10,427 bases of DNA from Bdellovibrionia bacterium. Its GTDB lineage: Bacteria; Bdellovibrionota; UBA1018. Of this stretch, positions 7,801 through 10,427 are shown piece after piece (within the stretch, counting starts at the first letter, position 1; each line of letters begins with the position of its first letter). The translations under genes were made by a program, and so were the position numbers. The stretch is taken from assembly GCA_049424145.1 (NCBI GenBank), contig JBMSSC010000097.1, positions 1 through 10,427 of the forward strand. The letters run 5' to 3'. Under the pieces are notes generated by a model. It was not told the DNA's origin and did not search any database. It saw only the letters and a list, made by a program, of their open reading frames with translations.

Positions 7801-7825
7801 TACTTTAGCCTCAAGGATGCCTGAT

Positions 7826-8368
7826 ATGAAAAAAGTAATTCTATCGACACTTCTTTTCTTAGGATGGTTCGGAACGGGATGCGGCCAGATTCTTCCTGCC
7901 AACATCCAGTATGCTCCAGCGAGCTCCGCCATCTCAGGCTTCGTTCTCAATTCTGATCCCCTTTGGTCTCGCTTTACTTGCCCCAATATTCCTAATGTGA
8001 GACCGAAAATGGACACCAACCTGCCGGCAAATGCCAATTCCTTCACGGTGTGCACAAGTAAGAACCCGGATAATTTAACCGACTATTGGATTCAAGGCAC
8101 CCTCTCTCAAGGCAATACTCTCTGTGCGATTCCATCGGAAATGAATGATGATGGGGTTTTTGCTCCCTTACGAAACTCAAGCGGAAACGTGATGTATAAG
8201 TGCTCAGCAGGCTCAAGCTCAGGCTATGTTCTGAACATCCCCGGAATTACTTCGTTTAACACCAATGCCATGATTATCGTCCCCTACACTTACTTGGGAC
8301 GACTCATCACGTGCATGAACTATCCTGAAAATGAATGCCCGAATTTCTCTGTAGGCCGGATCAGATAA
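7826..8368 (+). CDS. Cys-rich lipoprotein of unknown function (180 aa)
   Basis: Start moved from 7772 to ATG 7826. MKKVILSTLLFLGWFGTG-C is a type II signal peptide with lipobox-like GTG/C, and there is an AAGGA RBS. The mature region has 6 further Cys (three possible disulfides) and is rich in Asn/Ser/Thr/Pro. Confidence 0.8.
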   Translation: MKKVILSTLLFLGWFGTGCGQILPANIQYAPASSAISGFVLNSDPLWSRFTCPNIPNVRPKMDTNLPANANSFTVCTSKNPDNLTDYWIQGTLSQGNTLCAIPSEMNDDGVFAPLRNSSGNVMYKCSAGSSSGYVLNIPGITSFNTNAMIIVPYTYLGRLITCMNYPENECPNFSVGRIR

Positions 8369-8371
8369 GCC

Positions 8372-9439
8372 TCAGTGGACCACTCGAACTAAGGGGATCT
8401 CCTCAGTCTGCCCAATCTCCTGATGCCCTTTTCGATGACGATCCACTAAGGAAGAGTCTCGCGTAGGAAACGCCTCAATGATCTCGATCTGACCTGCATC
8501 CTCAGTTTCCCGAGCAATGATCACAAACCAAAATCCCACGGAATCTTCCGAATAATAGCGAATGAAATGATAGACCTCGTAGGGATCAAATTCAGAGGCC
8601 ACCAGGCTCCAAACTTCATCTGGACTCTCAAGCGTCTCATCCAAACAGCTCTCGTAGAGGCCAAAATCAGCCATTGGAATATCATCTGCATGCCGCTTGT
8701 GAACGATTTGAGCTCTTAAAGTTTCCTCAGGCGTCCACGGCTCATCGAGTCCATCCGTGAGCACAGGCGCCGAGTTCGTGGAGTTTAAAGCAGATCTCTG
8801 ATCAGCGCTCTGCTGGGATTTTCCCCGGGCCTGAGACCACGTGATTCTCTCCCCTTTTCGGTAAGAGGAGAGCATGGCTGAGTTTCTCGTTTGGAAGGCT
8901 AAGAAGAGAAAGCTTGGCTCTCCTCGTAGACAAAGACAAATGCAAATGGACCAGATTTTCTTCTGCTCAGGAGCAAACTCAGCAATCAAGGTGTAGCGAA
9001 GATCCCCTGAGATGGTTTTCTCACACCACACTTCATCGGGATCCTCAAGCGTGACCCACCTGAGGTGAGCGAGCTTCTCTTTCTCAGACGCACTTAGGTC
9101 ACTGGGCGAGAGTTTTCTTAAGTAGTCTTTCTCTAAACGATTAATTTCAGGAGTAAAATAGGCTGCAATGCAGGTCTCCGAGCAAAATACTCTCCCCACT
9201 TCCTCTTCAACAAACAGCGCACGTTGGGAATTACTTAAATCCAACGTGCAGTGCTCACACATCTCGCGTACGCTTGAGCCAGTGGACTGCGCTTCACGGG
9301 AAGAAGAGGACGAGCTCAACTGGGCTTTCGAGGATTTCTTTCTCGCTGAAAGAGACGACCTCACCAGGGAAGCCTTCTTGACAGACTTCTGCTTCTTGCT
9401 TCCTTTGAGCTGAGCTTTTTTCAATCTATCCCGTTTCAT
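8372..9439 (-). CDS. Hypothetical protein: Lys/Ser-rich N-terminal tail + C4 (CxxC..FCSxxC) zinc finger + two tandem PBECR2-like (BECR nuclease-fold) domains, 355 aa
   Basis: 16 K/R in the first 38 aa; C61,C64,C86,C90 (CEHC...VFCSETC). Internal duplication TLEDPDEVW...AFQTRNS.....RKG (aa ~108-198) versus TLESPDEVW...AFPTRDS.....RKG (aa ~247-340). TLxxPDE(I/V)W is the motif I associate with PBECR2. The CDS is certain; the fold call is by motif recognition only. Confidence 0.75.
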   Translation of the reverse strand: MKRDRLKKAQLKGSKKQKSVKKASLVRSSLSARKKSSKAQLSSSSSSREAQSTGSSVREMCEHCTLDLSNSQRALFVEEEVGRVFCSETCIAAYFTPEINRLEKDYLRKLSPSDLSASEKEKLAHLRWVTLEDPDEVWCEKTISGDLRYTLIAEFAPEQKKIWSICICLCLRGEPSFLFLAFQTRNSAMLSSYRKGERITWSQARGKSQQSADQRSALNSTNSAPVLTDGLDEPWTPEETLRAQIVHKRHADDIPMADFGLYESCLDETLESPDEVWSLVASEFDPYEVYHFIRYYSEDSVGFWFVIIARETEDAGQIEIIEAFPTRDSSLVDRHRKGHQEIGQTEEIPLVRVVH

Positions 9440-9446
9440 ATCTTAA

Positions 9447-9476
9447 ATTGTACCGGGCCTTATCACTTAGAGTCAA
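9447..9476 (-). promoter_or_regulatory. Putative sigma70 promoter of the tandem-BECR gene, predicting a leaderless mRNA
   Basis: The minus strand reads TTGACT (9476-9471)-N18-TACAAT (9452-9447)-ttaagat-ATG (9439). Both boxes are 5/6 to consensus, there are 7 nt between the -10 box and the ATG, and there is no Shine-Dalgarno. Confidence 0.7.
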
Positions 9477-9500
9477 ATTTCCTCTCAGGAAAACTGATTT

Positions 9501-9520
9501 CATTCCTATTTTTATGAATG
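9501..9520. promoter_or_regulatory. Imperfect 20-bp palindrome between divergent promoters; candidate transcription-factor site
   Basis: CATTCCTA-TTTT-TATGAATG; the arms match 7/8 as reverse complements. Confidence 0.35.
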
Positions 9521-9583
9521 GGGTGAGATTTTTCTGACACATCAAAGACGTGGGCAGAATGATTCTAGTTGATTTTTGCATTC

Positions 9584-9612
9584 TTGCGGAGAAATACCAA
9601 ACTGATTATCCT
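9584..9612 (+). promoter_or_regulatory. Putative sigma70-type promoter of the coiled-coil gene (near-leaderless)
   Basis: TTGCGG (9584-9589)-N17-TATCCT (9607-9612), then aaaaagaat, then ATG 9622. Only the key TTG and TAnnnT positions match. Confidence 0.35.
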
Positions 9613-9621
9613 AAAAAGAAT

Positions 9622-10380
9622 ATGACTTCTATATCTAGGACGGGTGTAGACGATTACATTGCCTCACAGAGACACCGAGCAGAGAAGGCTGAGGCCGATG
9701 CCTCAGAGCGAATTCAAACCGCCCAAAAGCGCATTCAAGAGGCTGAAGTGGAATCCATGAAGCTCTTAAGCTCCATTCGAGATGATTACCAAAAGCAATC
9801 GGAGGCGGAGGAGATCCGACAAGCCAATCTCATGGAGGCTAAAAAGCTGAAGGGTTACGAGAATTTAAGAAACCTTCAAAAAAGCATGAATGATTACGCA
9901 AGCCAAGCTCAACGGGAGGGGGATAACCGCCTCTCACAGCTCCAGAAGCACTACCAAGACCAACTCTATCATACTGAAACCAAAGGATCTTTGGACGTCA
10001 AAGAACTCAACAACCAGATGAGTCAACAAATGGATTTTCTCAAAAAATCGGGTCAACATGATCTTCAAAGCATCCGTGAGCAAGCCTCAGAAGCCGTCAA
10101 AGCCCTACAAGACCAAAAGGACTATGAGACTCAAAAGCTCAAAGCCCAATCGCAAAAAGAACTCGAGCAGATTCAAAACACCGCGGCTCAAAACCAACAG
10201 CAATCCCGAGAACGATTTGAATCTCAATTCCGAGATCTCACCCACGCCCAAGCAAAAAATGTGGATGATCTCAACCACCGAGCCCACCAGAAGCTGGATC
10301 AAATCAAGCAGGACACCTCTGAAAAACTCAACCTCTATTCGACGATGCTTGAGGATCCCTTTTATCAAATGGAAAACTAA
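9622..10380 (+). CDS. Long Gln/Glu/Lys-rich coiled-coil protein, possibly C-terminally truncated (may be the N-terminal part of a coiled-coil + Hsp20-like protein)
   Basis: About 240 aa of helix-favouring Q/E/K/R/L/A sequence with no Pro from MTSIS until EDPFY. ATG 9622 is preferred over GTG 9550, whose extension lies in AT-rich promoter-like DNA. The stop comes four codons after DPFY, where GC falls to 13/47 (~28%) for 10381-10427. Confidence 0.8.
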   Translation: MTSISRTGVDDYIASQRHRAEKAEADASERIQTAQKRIQEAEVESMKLLSSIRDDYQKQSEAEEIRQANLMEAKKLKGYENLRNLQKSMNDYASQAQREGDNRLSQLQKHYQDQLYHTETKGSLDVKELNNQMSQQMDFLKKSGQHDLQSIREQASEAVKALQDQKDYETQKLKAQSQKELEQIQNTAAQNQQQSRERFESQFRDLTHAQAKNVDDLNHRAHQKLDQIKQDTSEKLNLYSTMLEDPFYQMEN

Positions 10381-10427
10381 ATCTACATAATCTTACAGTA
10401 TTCACTGTCAATAAATACTCATGTCAA

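Noticed and set aside
7772..7825. 18-aa extension of the lipoprotein ORF
   Set aside because: It runs through the sigma54 box and RBS; ATG 7826 gives a canonical lipoprotein signal peptide.
9550..9621. GTG-started extension of the coiled-coil ORF
   Set aside because: It lies in AT-rich promoter-like DNA and its composition is unlike the rest of the protein; ATG 9622 is preferred, though not proven.
407..10390. The remaining short ORFs (61-131 aa) nested in or antisense to the main genes, e.g. 1933..2325, 6618..6923, 7281..7676, 10058..10390, 10105..10368
   Set aside because: They overlap well-supported CDSs almost entirely and have no recognisable motifs; such ORFs are expected by chance at ~50% GC.
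1..10427. Idea that the whole 10.2-kb GC-rich block is a mobile element or host island inserted in an AT-rich (phage) genome
   Set aside because: There is no integrase or transposase, no terminal inverted repeats and no target-site duplication. The two flanks are unrelated, and at least the left boundary cuts through a host gene. Independent end chimeras are more parsimonious.
1..10427. CRISPR array, tRNA/rRNA, riboswitch, recognised defence operon
   Set aside because: No regularly spaced repeats or cloverleaf/rRNA signatures were seen. All intergenic gaps are under 190 bp and largely accounted for by promoter-like elements, and no protein matches a defence system I can name.

Overview
A ~50% GC bacterial chromosomal segment; gene content suggests Bdellovibrionota/Oligoflexia, but this is inference. 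In order it contains: three clustered APC-superfamily (YfnA/GkApcT/CAT-like) amino-acid permeases (one divergent and truncated, two tandem close paralogs); a GlsB/YeaQ/YmgE small membrane protein; a secreted HExxH zinc-metalloprotease-like protein; apolipoprotein N-acyltransferase lnt; a Cys-rich lipoprotein behind a sigma54-type promoter; a protein with a basic tail, a C4 zinc finger and two tandem PBECR2-like (BECR nuclease-fold) repeats; and a long coiled-coil protein. Both window ends drop abruptly to ~28-30% GC exactly where a gene stops. On the left this truncates a permease mid-motif, most simply explained as a chimeric assembly join; the right end may be the same. I see no RNA genes, CRISPR, integrase or transposase, and no clearly supported novel multi-gene system. 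The best leads are the zinc-finger/tandem-BECR protein, several apparently leaderless promoters of different sigma classes, and the permease triplet.
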